Shown here in pieces: positions 63,114 to 64,000 of a DNA stretch of 64,000 bases (the first letter of the stretch is position 1; the number at the start of each line of letters is the position of its first letter). Under the pieces are notes generated by a model. That model did not search any database, had not been told where the DNA came from, and saw only the letters and a program-made list of their open reading frames with translations. Source of the DNA: Mobula hypostoma (Eukaryota); the NCBI RefSeq assembly GCF_963921235.1, contig NC_086097.1, positions 148,120,001 through 148,184,000 of the forward strand, read 5' to 3'. Made by a program: the position numbers and the translations under genes.

Positions 63114-64000
63114 TATGGTTAAAGGGCAAAAAAGAAAGCTTAGCTAAATCATACATAATGATTGATTTTCTTGTTCCATGAAATGTAAAAAGATAATGCC
63201 TGTGTTGACAACCTATACTCACCGTGGCAGGGGCCTCTGTTTCTTCTTGGTTCAGCGCTGAAAAAAACCGAGGCAGTCAAGCAAAAAGCTTGTGAGGACA
63301 GACTATTGTCTGGCTTAGATGCAGGGTTTAAGTCAACCCATCCAAACATGAGAAAGCAACACGTATTCATATGTTGCATTATTCAGCAAACACAGGTTTT
63401 ATTGATTCTGAGAAGTGAATTGATTGATAACTGTTTCTCTATATGCTTATGTGGTTTAAAATGAGAAATACTTAATGGCTTATATTGACTTTGTTCTATC
63501 AAGTATTTTCTTGGTTGAATATAACTATTCCACCTAGAAGGACACGTTTACATATTCAGAGATAACATAGTATAGTCAGACCCAACAGGAAGATTTTCAT
63601 ACTGCCACAAGAGTTGCCAGTACAGGTACATCTAAATAAATACCTAAATCAGATAAACAAAAAACTTTATCACCCATACAGGCTTTAGGGTTAAAGACCA
63701 TAATGGACCTACAGTGCAATGATGCCCATTTCATTGGTATTTTAGTTCCAGTAAGTGATATCCAACTCCTTTCATAAATCTGATACTTCTGTATTCAACA
63801 GAATATTCCTTAAGTATAACATTCTTAAAATGAAGTTCTTCCATTTTTTTGTTTAAACCTGCTTCTCACACAATAACTTGATAGCTAGATTCTACTTAAT
63901 ACTTCCTTCAATTTTAAACAGCATTCTTAGAAAACACCACCAGAATCCTGGTGCCCAGTGGGAATTAGTGCCTGGTGGCCAGGCACTCAGAATGCATAAA

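Overview
Vertebrate genomic DNA, most likely from a cartilaginous fish (ray or shark); this is inferred from the HE1-like V-SINEs and the CR1/Rex1/Penelope repeat mix. The only host gene I can support is the 5'-truncated, intronless large-Maf bZIP gene MAFA (<1-802, +), with an AT-rich 3' UTR of about 2.1 kb ending at a candidate poly(A) signal at 2919. A repeat-poor zone of about 8.7 kb includes a strong CTCF motif. The remaining ~55 kb is intergenic and packed with nested, decayed transposons: CR1, Rex1/Babar, RTE and L1 LINEs, Penelope-like elements (PLEs), V- and CORE-SINEs, two solo LTRs with target-site duplications (TSDs), Tc1, mariner and two hAT relics. The most notable signal is a family of PLE terminal repeats carrying a minimal hammerhead ribozyme (AGUC-CUGAnGA-A-stem II-GAAACGUC-GACU). 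It occurs attached to GIY-YIG relics, as a stand-alone ~100 bp insertion, and repeatedly as short head-to-head foldback units, two of them with clean 11 and 14 bp TSDs. A palindromic mariner MITE built from two transposase 3' ends is also unusual. Boundaries of old repeats are approximate and no database searches were run.
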